This document shows, in pieces, positions 47,676 through 60,399 of a stretch of 64,000 nucleotides of DNA. Position 1 is the stretch's first letter; each line of letters starts with the position of its first letter. The position numbers and the translations under genes were made by a program. This stretch comes from Sarea resinae (taxonomy: Eukaryota), in assembly GCA_026026165.1 (NCBI GenBank), contig JAPEUD010000085.1:1-64000 (forward strand), given 5' to 3'. The notes under the pieces were generated by a model that was not told where the DNA came from, ran no database searches, and was given only the letters and a program-made list of their open reading frames with translations.

Positions 47676-49622
47676 ATGACCGTTCCCCTTCGCCAGCACC
47701 ACCAAGCCTCGCCACTCTCTCGTCTTCTTGTCTGCCTATTTACTTTCCTTACCCTTTTGGCGACCGCGCCCGAACAGGTCGACGCGCGGCAAGTCGTTCT
47801 GGGAGGCTCTCCGACGGGCAACGAAGCACAGGGCCAGGTTCAGGACCACCTTCGAGCAGAAGCCGGAGCAGGAGATGAGGCTGGAAGGCATGACAAGTTG
47901 GGCGCCGTTGCGTCGGAGAGCGACCGATGTAGTCGCATCGGCATCGACTTGCTTCGGCGGGGTGGCAATGCCGCTGACGCTGTACGCCCCCTCGAACCCT
48001 GCGCTTTGCTTCCGTTCCGGCCGGCAGATAGCTGACCTTGTGATGCCATCTAGATGGTCGGCACCGTGCTCTGCGTTGGCACAATCGGCATGTATCACAG
48101 CGGCATCGGCGGCGGCGGATTCATGCTCGTCCGCGCGGCCAACGGGTCCTACGAATCGATCGACTTCCGCGAGACGGCGCCCGCGAGTGCGTACGAGGAT
48201 ATGTATGCGGGGAACACCGAGGGGTCGTTGTTCGGGGGCCTGGCCAGCGGCGTGCCGGGCGAACTACGCGGGCTAGAACATCTGCACCGAAACTACGGAC
48301 AGCTTCCATGGGCGACGGTCGTCATGCCCGCAGTCGAGGTCGCGAGATCCGGCTTCGACGTCACGTCCGATCTGGTGCGGTACATGGAGTTCGCGACGCA
48401 CGACCAGGCGGATTTCCTGACGCAGGATCCGGCGTGGGCGATCGACTTCGCGCCGAACGGCACGCGGGTCGGGCTGGGCGATGTCATGACGCGGAAACGG
48501 TACGCGGACACGCTCGAGACGATCGCGCTTGAGGGTGCCGATGCGTTCTACGAGGGCGCCATGGCGCGGGCGCTGATCGATGCGTTGCAAGATGCAAACG
48601 GCACCATGACGCTGGAGGATCTGCGGGACTATACCGTCATCGTTCGCGAATCCGCCATGATCGACTACAGAGGGTATCGCCTGCGCAGCTGCCCGGCCCC
48701 CGCGAGTGGCGGTGTGGCGCTGGCTGTGCTGAAGACGGTCGAGGGCTACGCCGATTTCATGACCTCGGACTCGGCGGCCACAACGAACCTCAGCACGCAC
48801 CGACTGGACGAGGCCATCCGATTCGGCTACGGGGCGCGCGCCCAGCTCGGCGACCCGGCCTTCGTGCCAGGCCTTGACGCCTACGAGCACGACATGATGA
48901 ACGCCAGCACGGCGGCGGGCATCCGGGCCAAGATCTCCGACCGCCACACGCAGAACGTGTCGGCATACAACCCGTCGGGGCTCGAGAGCAAGGACACGCC
49001 GGGCACCTCGCACGTCGTCACGGCCGACGCCAGCGGGCTGGCCGTCTCGCTCACCACGACCATCAATCTGCTCTTCGGCTCGCAGCTGATGGTGCCGGCC
49101 ACGGGCCTCATCCTCAATAACGAGATGAACGACTTCTCGATCCCGCACACCAAGAACGCCTTCGGCTACGTGCCGTCGCCGTATAATTACATTGCGCCGC
49201 GCAAGCGGCCACTGTCGTCCATGACACCGACCATCGTCGAGGTCGAGACCACGGTCGACGACGAGTCCGCGGCCACCACGCGCAGCGGCGGGGCACAGCT
49301 GTACCTCGCCCTGGGCGCCGCCGGCGGCTCGCGCATCATCACCGCCACCATCCAGAACCTGGTGCACGTGCTAGACGGCAACATGAGCGTGGCGAATGCG
49401 CTGCGCCAGCCGCGCCTGCACGATCAGCTCGTGCCCAACGAGGTGCGCTTCGAGTGGGGCTACGACAACCGCACCGTCGCTGCCATGGCCGCCCGGCGCC
49501 ACAACGTCTCGTGGATGGCCCCCGGCGAGAGCTCGGCCCAGGCGCTGCGGCTGCTGCCGAATGGCACCTTTGAGGCCGCCGGCGAACCGCGGCAGAGGAA
49601 TTCCGGCGGCTTCGCCATCTGA
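47676..49622 (+). CDS. Gamma-glutamyltranspeptidase; intron ~47982-48053
   Basis: N-terminal hydrophobic anchor, GAVASE..CS.IG..LL..GGNAADA, SGIGGGGF, IDFRETAP, GVPGELRGL, catalytic GTSH, TTTINLLFGS, NNEMNDFS, RPLSSMTP, GAAGGSRI. Confidence 0.95.
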
Positions 49623-50520
49623 GTGCTCGGTCTCGATGTGGATGTGGAGGTGGATGTGGATGTAGATGTGCAGAGGACAGGCGGACAGATAGACGGCGTA
49701 TCTCGTGATTTATGGCCAGACCCTGTGGGCGGGTACGACAGTCACTCGGCTCATGGCAACCCAACCCACCAAGCCACCACTCAAAACACAAACTTCACAC
49801 ATGCATACATTCATACATACACACAAAGAAAACAAACAAATGAACCACATACACAAACATATACACACCACGAAACCCTCCAATCAAAAACAAAGACAAA
49901 AAAACACTTCTAATGATCTTACCCTGTTCTAGACCTAGATAGCGTCTCACATTTTCTCAAATTTAGTGCGTAACACGTTTGATGGTATGAGATAGGAAGG
50001 TAGAGGGTACTGTACCTGTACCCCCTTCTTCTGTCCCTGCGGTGGCGTCAAGGATTCGAGGTCTTTGCATGCATGTAAGCCGAAGTACGAAGACTCGGAT
50101 GCATGAATCTAAAGAGACACTTTTACCGCTATACACACTCCGGGGGTGGGTGGCTTGTGGTACTTGCGAGGAAGAGAGAGACAAAGAATAGAAAGAGAGA
50201 GACGAAGAGAGACAGAGAGAGCAGACGAATACCGTAGATATCCAACACGATCTATTCATATTATTTCGTGATATCCGCGCGAGTATTCGGCTTGTCTAAT
50301 GCTGGTGCCAACATCAAAAACCAACTTCCACCAAGGTTTCGAGAAGCATGAGATCCCAAGAAGCATGACCTGCACCCACTCGCAAAGAGGGGAAAATAAA
50401 GAGAGACGACGTGAAGCAAGGGTATTGTATCATCGTAACTAAAGAGAAAAAAAAGACAATCGGAGATCAACAGACGAGAACATAGACGAGGACAACTTCC
50501 GTTCGACTCCGACCAGTCGG

Positions 50521-52092
50521 TCACTGTCGTTGCCAGACGACTTCGACCACGGTGTCATGATCACCGGACCTAGGATCCGCTCGATGGATGTAGTATTGCC
50601 GGACTCGCCGCACATCGTCGTCCTTTATGTCGCCTTCAAGACCACTACCACCCTCGCCCTCTCGGACCACGCCCGCCAATCTCAGGGAGAATTTCCCCTC
50701 GTCTTTAGGTCGCAAGGGACCGAGCGTGTGATCGAACGCCTCGTCCGTACCACCATTATTCGTGTCCCAGGTCTTCTCGATCGAGAAATCCGCCGCCGCG
50801 AGAGACGGTTCGGCTCCCGAGACGCCCGGCTTGAACACCGAGTACCCGTTCGCCAGGAACCAGCCATCGGCGAAGCGAAACCGCCGGAGCAGAGACTCGG
50901 TGCCGCCGACCGAGGCCACGGCCGCCAGGTGCACCATATCGACCGTCTTGGCGCGCGTAGTACTGCCGGCGAAGGCGGATTTCCAATGATGCACGCTCAG
51001 CGGCTGGTCGCGGCCGCACTCGTAGAAGCCCGAGGCATCGCCCGAGAGGTCGAGCTGGTGCAGGCCGGACTCGATCTCGAGTTTCGTCGTGGTGTGGCCG
51101 TAGATGCATTTCGCGAGGCGTCTATCTCCGCTCAGGTTCTGCGTCGAGCAGACGTCGTAGATCTCGGGCGCATTGAGTTGTTTGAGTAAGGGAGTCGAGA
51201 GGAAGATGCCGGCGCCGCCGTAGGCCATGTAGCCCCAGATGTTCATCTGGACGAGGTCTTCGGAGAGGGAACCGATGTAGTGCGGAACGTTGGCGTCGTA
51301 GCGAGAGAGACGGCCGAGAAGGCGGGGGAGGGATAGGAAAAAAGTGTCGTCGTCAATGAGAGCGGCCCATTGGGTCGAGGGGAGACACTCTTCGTAGAGG
51401 GCGCGGACGAGTGAGAAGTAGCGGTCTAGGTATTCGGCGGACGATTCGCGGATGAGTAGGGTGAAATGCAAAGATGCTGCCTTCCGTACTAATGCTTCGA
51501 TCTTGTCAGGAGATTGCGTGGGCTCGATGATGGCGAAGATACGGGTATTGGAGTGGCTGGCCCAATGTGCCATGGCGGAGAGCGACCCGTCGAGCCGGTC
51601 GAATGTCGTGGCGACTCCGAAGATGACATGCGAGGCGTTCGGTGGATGAGGCGGAATTGGCGGAACGTGAATCTTGACCGGATCTGCACAGCCGGGGAGA
51701 GGTAAGTTGGCGGATCGATTCGGATCATCGAGACGTATGACCTGGGATTCGGGAAAAGGCACGTTGAGCTGCTGTGACGACGATGAGGCATTTTCCGAAG
51801 GAACGGCGATAATGTTCAATTGTGTATAGTGTATCGCCTGGGACAACCCATAGGCTTGGAGTGCATCGACATCCAGTGCACATTGCTGCTGCTGTTCTGA
51901 TTCGAAAGAAAGAGGAGCGGCGTCGTCAACGTCGCCGAGGTGTAGAGGCCTTGGTAGCTGGTGCGTTTGAACGGAATAGACAAAAAGGAATGTAGCCGTC
52001 GCAAGCGCAAATGAAAGTGCTGCGACTTGCAAGCCTCGACGACGGGGTGGCCCATCTGAAGGAAAGACTTTGTGCATCGGAAGAGGTGACAT
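50521..52092 (-). CDS. Glycosyltransferase family 31 (Fringe-like), type II membrane protein
   Basis: N-terminal TM, IFGVATTFDRL, WAALIDDDTFF (DxD), YIGSLSED, MAYGGAGIFLS, GD..L..CI, LHQLDL.GD, PLSVHHWKS. Confidence 0.92.
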   Translation of the reverse strand: MSPLPMHKVFPSDGPPRRRGLQVAALSFALATATFLFVYSVQTHQLPRPLHLGDVDDAAPLSFESEQQQQCALDVDALQAYGLSQAIHYTQLNIIAVPSENASSSSQQLNVPFPESQVIRLDDPNRSANLPLPGCADPVKIHVPPIPPHPPNASHVIFGVATTFDRLDGSLSAMAHWASHSNTRIFAIIEPTQSPDKIEALVRKAASLHFTLLIRESSAEYLDRYFSLVRALYEECLPSTQWAALIDDDTFFLSLPRLLGRLSRYDANVPHYIGSLSEDLVQMNIWGYMAYGGAGIFLSTPLLKQLNAPEIYDVCSTQNLSGDRRLAKCIYGHTTTKLEIESGLHQLDLSGDASGFYECGRDQPLSVHHWKSAFAGSTTRAKTVDMVHLAAVASVGGTESLLRRFRFADGWFLANGYSVFKPGVSGAEPSLAAADFSIEKTWDTNNGGTDEAFDHTLGPLRPKDEGKFSLRLAGVVREGEGGSGLEGDIKDDDVRRVRQYYIHRADPRSGDHDTVVEVVWQRQ

Positions 52093-53351
52093 GGCTCACC
52101 TTCCGGAGGCGAGGGAATGAACCTTTGTTTGAAGATACCTTATGCTTGAGAGCTCAGGTTTGAGGAATGAAACAAAAATCGCTCTTGCAATGAAAGAAAG
52201 AATATCGCAAAAGGCAAGCAGAAGCATAAGGGACTTGGAAAAGCAAGAGGGACGGTAACGCATCCCTATATGCGATCTTTGAGCACCTCGCCGCAAGCCC
52301 CACCTGCTCGCTCAGGATGAGTCTGGCGCCGGGCCATCATGTTGGTTGATGTTTAAGAATGGCAAGGAAGATCACCACAACCATGTACGAGTACGCGCCC
52401 GCGCACGCGGTTGAATGTTCGGAAGAGCCGGCAGGACGATTAGGGTAAGATGAATACCTTCAACGGCGGCAATCGATGCCTTTTCATTCATTCATTGTCT
52501 TGGTGTAGTGGGGTAAGGAGTTGCTTCGGCCATGGTATATCCTGCATCTAAGCGCCGATAGTCCCGGGGCATTTAGCCGACGAACAAACGGGCCGGTCCG
52601 AAGCACCAAAACAATATTTTACGATAATCATCACAGCACCTGGTTAATTAAGGTACGATGTCCTGCATTTTAATCATTGTTTCCTGAGAATTGCAGCGCT
52701 GCTCCGAAATGGCAAGACCGACTTCGCCAACAGCGGTCTATGCACTTCTACTTCAAAGATAGTGGACGAAGGTCATGGTGGAACCACAGTGAGGGCAGAG
52801 TTCGACTCCTGAGACGGGCTACGAGCTCGAGAGACGATGAAGATAAAACAGATGCAACAGAATGGAACAGAAGAATTATTTTTGTCATGGCTCATCTGGG
52901 TCTCCTGGCTCTACTTCGCGGCCTCTGATCGTCGCACAAGGCAGGTAGTCCTGACTTCTATATCGATGCTGAAGGCAGTCTTAGCAGCGGCGTTTGGGAT
53001 TCGATGTATCGACTACCTTGTACTGTTAGACTGAAATTTCTCTTGTTGAGTAGGCTGGCAGCACCAATCACGTTCGTTATCTCCAAGGCCGAGGGGTAGG
53101 ATATCTATCCTGTCGGTTGTGCGGATGAAAGCGTTACATTAGGCTGTCAAGTATGAGATTTTTGTATGAAAGCATCAGAGCAAAGCCGCTGTCATCCCGC
53201 AACGCCGAAAACCTTCCCCCGGCCGCGACAAAAGAGATCTACCGTGTTGTACCCATGTGGCTTTTAAGCTAGAAATAAAGAGAAGAGGACCAATCGGGGC
53301 GTTGGATGTTCGCCGTGATAAGAGAAGAGAGGAAAACAAATCAGGTGTGCA

Positions 53352-53963
53352 TCAATGCGTGAGTCGTCCATGGCCCCCTTCGCTCGAGCTCGGAACGTCT
53401 CCATCAACGCTCCGCTCATTTACGACGACGCCCTCCTTCCCTTTCCCCTTTCCTTTCTTCTGTAGCCTCGTCATCTCTTGAGTACCGCTATACTCACCAA
53501 GCGCGCGCACGCTGTCGAACCCCTTGTCTTGCGATTGAGCTTGATGCGGGCCCCAGGCCATCCCTACTCCAGGACCTCCACCCGATATTCTGGCTCTCTT
53601 AGCATCGGCTTTCCGTTTGAAATGGCGTCGGAGGAAGAACGTGCAGATGGCGAGGAGGAATAGACCCAGGAAGACCACGATGAGCATCACGATCCAACGG
53701 TAGTGGCGGTGCATCCTGTTTTATGTCAGTTGGTGGAGAGAAAGAATCGCGAAGGTGAAATGTCACGGAATGAGAAGGGTGGGGGCGCATTGGTTGACAT
53801 ATGGGGTTTCGAGGCTGATTGGTAGGGGAAATGAAGGAGACCATATGAAGACTTACCAGCTTCCGTGTGGTGGCGGCGAGGATTGGGATGTGTCGCCGCT
53901 GGTGCCCAAGGTGGTCGCGCGTGCATGGAGCGCACCTACCGCTGTGGCCACCAGTACTGCCAT
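53352..53963 (-). CDS. Small single-pass membrane protein, one intron
   Basis: MAVLVATAVGALHAR...GS|WMHRHYRWIVMLIVVFLGLFLLAICTFFLRRHFKRK; GTAAGT...CTGAC...AACAG intron restores the frame. Confidence 0.72.
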
Positions 53964-55047
53964 GACTGCGGAGGAATTGCAGGAGACTGCGTAGAGAGAA
54001 GAAAAATCGGTTGTGCTGCAAGAACGCCGAGGTTGGAAGAGATATGCGACCGGATGTGGACCTGCTTGTCCACTGTTGCGCGAGTGAATATCTGTGGTGA
54101 TGGCGATGGAGGGCGATTCCTCGACTGAATTGGGGAATTAGGCTGTGTCAGATGCCCCCGATTTCAGCTACTTCATCGCCTGCGCATCGACGAAGATGGT
54201 GAGTCGTGAGATGAGGGTCGCATCGGGCGCTGGATAAGGAAATTGACGAAATCAAATGGAGGAGCGAGGATAAGAGCGCGAATGAACGAGTGAAGAGATT
54301 GAAGCTGTCAAGTCATGGTGAGCTGGCCGTGTCCACGGGCACTCCACGTCGTGCAACCCCTGGCCAGGCCACCAAGGAAATTCCAGCTCTCCAGCTATTC
54401 TCGTCCCGTTCGAATGCGGAAAGACGCTGGCCGAGGGGGAAATTGGAGCCGGTGATCTACATCGGTTAGACGAAGATAGAGTACGGAGTTACCACTCGCG
54501 TTCGATTTCGATCTGGGGCGAGACGGGGAGGGACCATCGAGAGAGGCGACGCGGGAGGACAGCATGTAAAAGCGATGAGGTCTGATTAGGGCTCTACGAC
54601 GAGATGCATTTCCGCCCGATGCTGAAGTCATCGGAGCAGGCGGAGATACGAGACGCTCGGCGCCATTTCAGGACGAGTGTTGACAGAATCAATTCATGAT
54701 CGTCTCCCATTCCTCAACAACTACTGTACAGCGTACTCCGCGTAGAACAGCTCGGTTCCCCACGCCCCGCCAAGGGCACGCTACAGGAAGTCCGTCCCTC
54801 GCGTCTGAACCTGCCGCCTTACTTGTTCGAGTCTGGTGGCCGACCTCTAAAGCTTGACGCGACATTGCCCTAATCGTACCGCCTTCCAGCATTGAGCCGG
54901 AGGGCATGCGCAATCGCACCTCGGCCGCAGCGGGGTGAGCCCAGCGAGCAAAGTAGGTATCCGTTACATGCGCTCACACCCAAAACTTCGCCTGCAGACG
55001 AGCTCCAAATCTCGTATACTCTACTTCGCCGGGGCAAAGACCTCAAC

Positions 55048-57500
55048 ATGCCGCGGCCACGGTCAGTGGTCATCGTCGGTATGTCTGAAGTCCACCTCAA
55101 AGACTTTTCGGCCCTGGATATGCGCTGACGAGTCACGACGATCAAGGTGGCGGCCCGGCAGGCTTGGTTGCAGCAAAAACCCTCCTTCATGCATTCCCTC
55201 GTGGCACGTTCGAGGTCACCCTCCTTGAAAAGTCCAAGTCGGTAGGCGGACTGTGGCCGGTGGCCGACGACCAGCAGGATGGCATGCTCAATCCTTCTAT
55301 GCCGACGAACCTCAGCCGTTACAATGTCTGCTTCTCCGATCTGGCTTGGGAGACGACCGATCTCGAGACCGTGTCTTCCTCGATACCGATGTTCCCGAGA
55401 GCCTGGCAGGTGGGCCGGTATCTGCAGTGCTATGCGCAGAAGTATATCCCAGAAGGCGTCATTCGTTTGGAGAGCATGGTGACGAGCGCAGTTCGTGAGA
55501 AATACAAAGATCGCTATCGATGGAAGGTCGACTGGACAGCACCGCCAACGCGCGAGGACGATACGATGCGAGAGCGCCCAGTGGATGATATCTCGAAGAT
55601 GCTGCAAAACATGCGCTTCTGCCAGGGCTTCTTCGACCACCTGATCGTGGCTTCTGGCTTCTTTTCTGCCCCGAAAGGCCCAGAAAGTAATGAGTTTGAG
55701 ACCTTCCCTGGACCAGTTCTTCATAGCTCCGAGCTTCGGAGTCTTGAAGGATTCCTGGGTAGTTCTGGCCATCCGACCGACTCCAGATCAGAAGGCGGCT
55801 CCAGCAAAGAGCAAAATCTGAAAGCCAAGCTTCTAGTTGTGGGAGGAAGCATGTCCGGTGCCGAGGCGGCTGCATCTTTGGCTTTTGACTTGTCTTCTGC
55901 CAGATACTCCCCGCAGGCTTCTTCGCTGGATTATGAAGTCGTCCACGTTACCTCGCGGCCATTCTACCCTCTACCAACCATGATCCCAAGAAGCTTGAAG
56001 AGATCTCAAGAATCTTCTGGAGATGAACATCCTCCCACGTTTGTTCCTATCGATCTAGGGATGTACGATCTGTCCCGTCGGCCGCAGGGCCCTATATCAG
56101 ACATGTCTGGCAAGATGAGTCCTAGCAGGGCCAAGCCTACTCATGCCTTCCTTCAGAGCATTATTGGAGGAGACCAAAGCGGCCTCAGAAAGGACACTTT
56201 GCTCTTCACGCCAGAACGAGAGGAACTACCCGCATATGTCGCGATCAACGACCGCTATGCCGAGTTTGTCAGATCCGGCGACATAAGACCGATCGCTGGG
56301 CGGGCCACCGAGTTTGGTCTCGACTCTAATGGAAAGGGAGCTGTCACTGTCTCTGACGAAGGTAAAAATGCGACCATTGAAAATGTTGCGGGAATCATTT
56401 TAGCAACCGGGTTTCAGCCTCAGCAGGCAATATCATGGCTTTCTGAAGAAGTCAAGCAAGTTCTCGACTGCGACGACGCCTGTCATCGGATGCCGCTCAT
56501 TCTTCAGAAGCGCTGCATATGCCATGAGAAGATCCCTGATCTGGGTTTTGTCGGGTTCTACGAGGGGCCCTACTGGGGCGTTATGGAGATGCAAGCCCGA
56601 CTCATCGCAAGGCGATGGGGTGATGACGTAGGTAAATCCTTGATTCCTGGACCGCCTGAGCATGATGGGGAAAGCCAGGAATTAAAGGAGATGCAGGCGC
56701 TGAGGCAGGCCATAAGGGGTTCGGATATGATTCCGCAGTTCTGGATGGGCGACTATGTCGGTCTGATGGAGGGGTTTGCCCGGGAATTGGAGAAACAACG
56801 GGCGCCACTTGCGGGATATGGAGATAGAGATGGGCCGGTCATAGGGGCGAGATACACACCTGCAGATAATTCGGGAGACATTAAAGAAACTCAGAAGATC
56901 CTGACGTCACTGGAGACGATACTCGCGGCGTCGACTACCCATGCCACCTTCGTCCCACGTGCGACTTTCCGTGCCTTGCAAGGGTCGTGGAACATCTTTA
57001 GAGACCTTAATAGCAAACTCGCCACTTTCCCATCGGGCATCTTCACGGGTACAGCAGCCTTTCATCCCCGTCTTCCAACGAATTCCGAGTTCGACGCCGA
57101 ATATCTATATTCCGAGCAAGGGGAACTCGTAACGCAGCAGGGTTACACTATGAAAGCATCCCGCAGCTACGTCTACAGGTATCGTGAGGTCGACGACCAA
57201 CTCAGCGTATGGTTTGTCAAGCCCGATGACGGCAAATCTGTCGACTACTTCTTTCACGAGTTGCAATTCATCGTTCCTTCGACAGATGCTGGGGCTCTAC
57301 AGGAGAACAATGCCGGCGGTGGTGGCAGCAGTCCTGACGAATGGAAAGCCTGCGGCTACCACCTCTGCGTCGATGATGAATATCGGCCAGACTACACTTT
57401 TAAGTTCCGTGGTGTGACGCTCAGCGAGCTTACGATCGCGTTCCATGTCACCGGGCCGAAGAAGGATTATCTCTCTTCGACGAGGTTTACGAGGGCATGA
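55048..57500 (+). CDS. FMO-like FAD/NAD(P)-dependent monooxygenase with C-terminal DUF6314-like domain; one 5' intron
   Basis: VVIVG|GGPAG FAD motif, EKSKSVGGLW, FDHLIVASGFF, FPGPVLHSS, LVVGGSMSG, ILATGF. C-terminal W...R...F.GTA.F..R, Y.E.G, H.C..D.Y...Y pattern. Confidence 0.85.
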
Positions 57501-58406
57501 TTTGATTTGATTGGACTGGGTATGGAGCGCTTTGATCGTACGAGATCAGGGCTTATGAGACGAGCTATGAATTCAAGCACATGGAAGGGGGTATAGGGTA
57601 TAACGATAACGGGCATTTTTCGGATTATCAACTACTGGGGAAAGAGTACGAGACTGTGTCTTTGGTAGCTACTGAATCGAAGAACAGTAACATGAATACC
57701 CATTTGGCATTTATCTTTCTCATGATGTGATGTGTCAACATTTATTTCGTATGCTCCCGTTGCCAGACCCGGGTTTCAGCTTGTCGACTACGAGGATCCG
57801 TGAAAGGTGATTCAATTGTCTTGATACGAGCGTAGGACTTCGGAGAGGTCAAAGCCGAAGCCGAAGACTCATGAACTGATACGTCTGACAGCTCTTTCGT
57901 GACGTGGTAATTAGCGTCCGGGTTTCTTTTATTTGAGAGAAAGATTGCCCTTTACGCTTTGCTGGAAACGCGCAGCTACCAAAGGTCTCGATGCCTTTAT
58001 CAATGGTTGACTTACGCTTCATTCAAGCAGACCTGGAAGGGCGCTGACTGAGGTTGGTCTCATGAGGTCGCTCATATGCCGACTTGACGAAAAGTGTCAG
58101 GATACTGAATGTTATTCAGCTAAACTAGTTCCACAACACTACAAGATATTGAGTCCTGTATGAAAGTACTCTAAGGCCGTAGATGATGGACAAGCCTCAC
58201 TCTTCATGAGAGAGTGCACTATCTGTGAAAAAGAGGAAGAGAGGAGTGGAGAGGAGAGAAACATCTCGTCGCTGATATCAAAAACAAGGAAACCGAAACT
58301 ATATCATGATGCCGAGTCTGACCCGACCCGACCACGAGACACAGCCGACTACAAGTCCAGCAAGCCGAGTGAGGCGGCCGCTTCATTGGGAGTATCATCT
58401 CGATGC

Positions 58407-58931
58407 TTATCTGGAAGCAGCTGTATGGCTTTCCGGCTCAGCTCTAGTGCGTCTGTGATGCGCATTAAATGCGGCGGTACGGCTTTCTAGCTCAGCTTCG
58501 CTGCGTTCTAGATCGCGACGTTCTGCCTCGAGGACCTCTCGAGTGAAACGGATCTCACGTTCTTCATCACGAAGACGCCAGGCCTCCTTCTTTTAGTCTG
58601 TCCCGTAATCCGAGATTGTATCCGAATCATCAGAGTCCGAGTCTGTTTCATCGTCAATATTCGATGTCCACTGAACCACTCTCTGCAGAACTTGATCCTC
58701 GGTAGAAAGCTCGACCGCCTCTCCTTTGCACTCGAGACATCCCTCATACCGCGGGAAGGGATCTTCCCAGACAAGAAAAATGACATCTTTCTCTGAGGGC
58801 CGACACGGCTTTATGTTGACGTCGGCGCTGAGATTGCACCTCGTGAGGCGCCAGCGTCGAAGACCCTTGTTGGAGATTGTAGGCTTATGCCCCCCTGGGC
58901 ATTGGTATTTGGCATATGCGAAATGACACAT
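58407..58931 (-). pseudogene. Hypothetical small Cys-containing protein with internal TAA at 58593
   Basis: MCHFAYAKYQCPGGH...CLEC...acidic tract, then TAA, then the same frame continues ~60 codons as a charged coiled-coil-like sequence (KKEAWRLRDEEREIRFTREVLEAERRDLERSEAELE). Confidence 0.4.
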
Positions 58932-60399
58932 CTGGGATTTGAGGGAGTTAGCTTTCCTCAAATTTGGAGCCAGCGAGTTCTCGATACACGGGCTTGCCTT
59001 GAAGTTTGGTACTCAAAAAAGCTTGAACCTTGGCGTAAGGCTGAAGTCAGGATTGAAAAATTGTTAGAATGTGATGGGGTCTCTTGCGAGCCTCAAGGTA
59101 TGAGACGCGATTGAGGCTGTACTGCTTGATTGAGGGTTTTGGTGAGCGTGAGAATATCTGAAAGGTCTGTAGCCTACTGTTCCTTAAGTAGTTCTCTCCT
59201 CTTCAGCATGACGGCATTATGAGCCAATTTGGGCATTAAAATGAGAGTTGGCTGGAGTGAAGGAATCTGGTAACAATAGAATCAAAACTCTAGTTGGACG
59301 GTGAATCAATGATGAGAGTATGGCTGACGTGCGGCTGCCAATGAAGATTTGCTAGATGGCAAAAATAGGTTGTCACTGCTCCCGTCCCGACTCCTGTAGA
59401 CTCTCTAGGTGATTGCCCGAGAAGAGAAAGAGGAGTAAATACTTGTGGTCGAACTAAATTAACAGGAAATCCGCTCAAATCAAACCCGTGAGCCCGGCTC
59501 CAAATGTGAGTTTCTCTTGCTAGACGCCTTTCCGTTGTTCCTCTTTCATCACTACCCCATCGCAACGTGGCCGAGAACGCGGAGTCGAGGAATCTATGTG
59601 ATGATTTGCTTACGATGTTGGCGCAAGTGCCCGACGATCAGACGATCATCTGGATCGCACGTCATTAGCACTTACATGGAAATCGATGCTACCGGGCTCC
59701 TAGCCGGCTTCAACCCCGCGCATCCTCCGCACTCGGCGATGCCTCTGGATTTATCCGTCAATGGAAGAAGACGGGGTAGATATCTTTGGCTGCAACGTGT
59801 CCGCAGGGTTCTTTTCGGCTATCGTGGATAAATGCTCAATGGTAGACTTGCAGAAGAAACGAACTTAAATCAAGTCTCGACTCTCGACCCCGCGTAGACG
59901 CCCGTTGCCTGCTTGCTCGATGGCTTGGTCAAAGCCTGTCAAACGGCGATCTTTCCGCTTGGGACGCCGCAATGCAAATTTGCGACCATTGAATTTGAAG
60001 CTGCTCATGTCGACAGGACTTTTACATGCTCGATATATCAGGGCTAGATGCAGGGCCAGATCCGACAGGCAGGCATCATGCATCAGGCATGGAAAAAAAT
60101 CTGCTTATACCGAGTCTCTGCGTTCGTGCATGCGGGGAAGATCAATTTCTTGAATTTCTTGAGATTCACAAAGCGTGTGTTGGATGTGCCTGTGCGTTGG
60201 TTGTGCTTGTGCGTTTCGATCGTCTGTAATTCATGTTAAAACCCGTCATCTGCCGTCAGGACGGATATGTTGTTTGTTAGAACTATCAGCCCTTGATCCG
60301 GCTTATTGATTTTGATTCCGCATTCAATCCGCTGCTGGCCATATCATCCATTCCTCTCTGCGACCTTGTTTCCCTTCCAGAGCCGGCGACGCCTTCAGG

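Noticed and set aside
48273..49367. 364-aa antisense ORF over the GGT gene (similar ones over GH51, ADE4, GT31)
   Set aside because: Shadow ORFs caused by high GC3 codon bias on the coding strand.
45038..57500. MFS + GGT + GT31 + FMO as a secondary-metabolite cluster
   Set aside because: No backbone enzyme or regulator; all are common stand-alone fungal genes.
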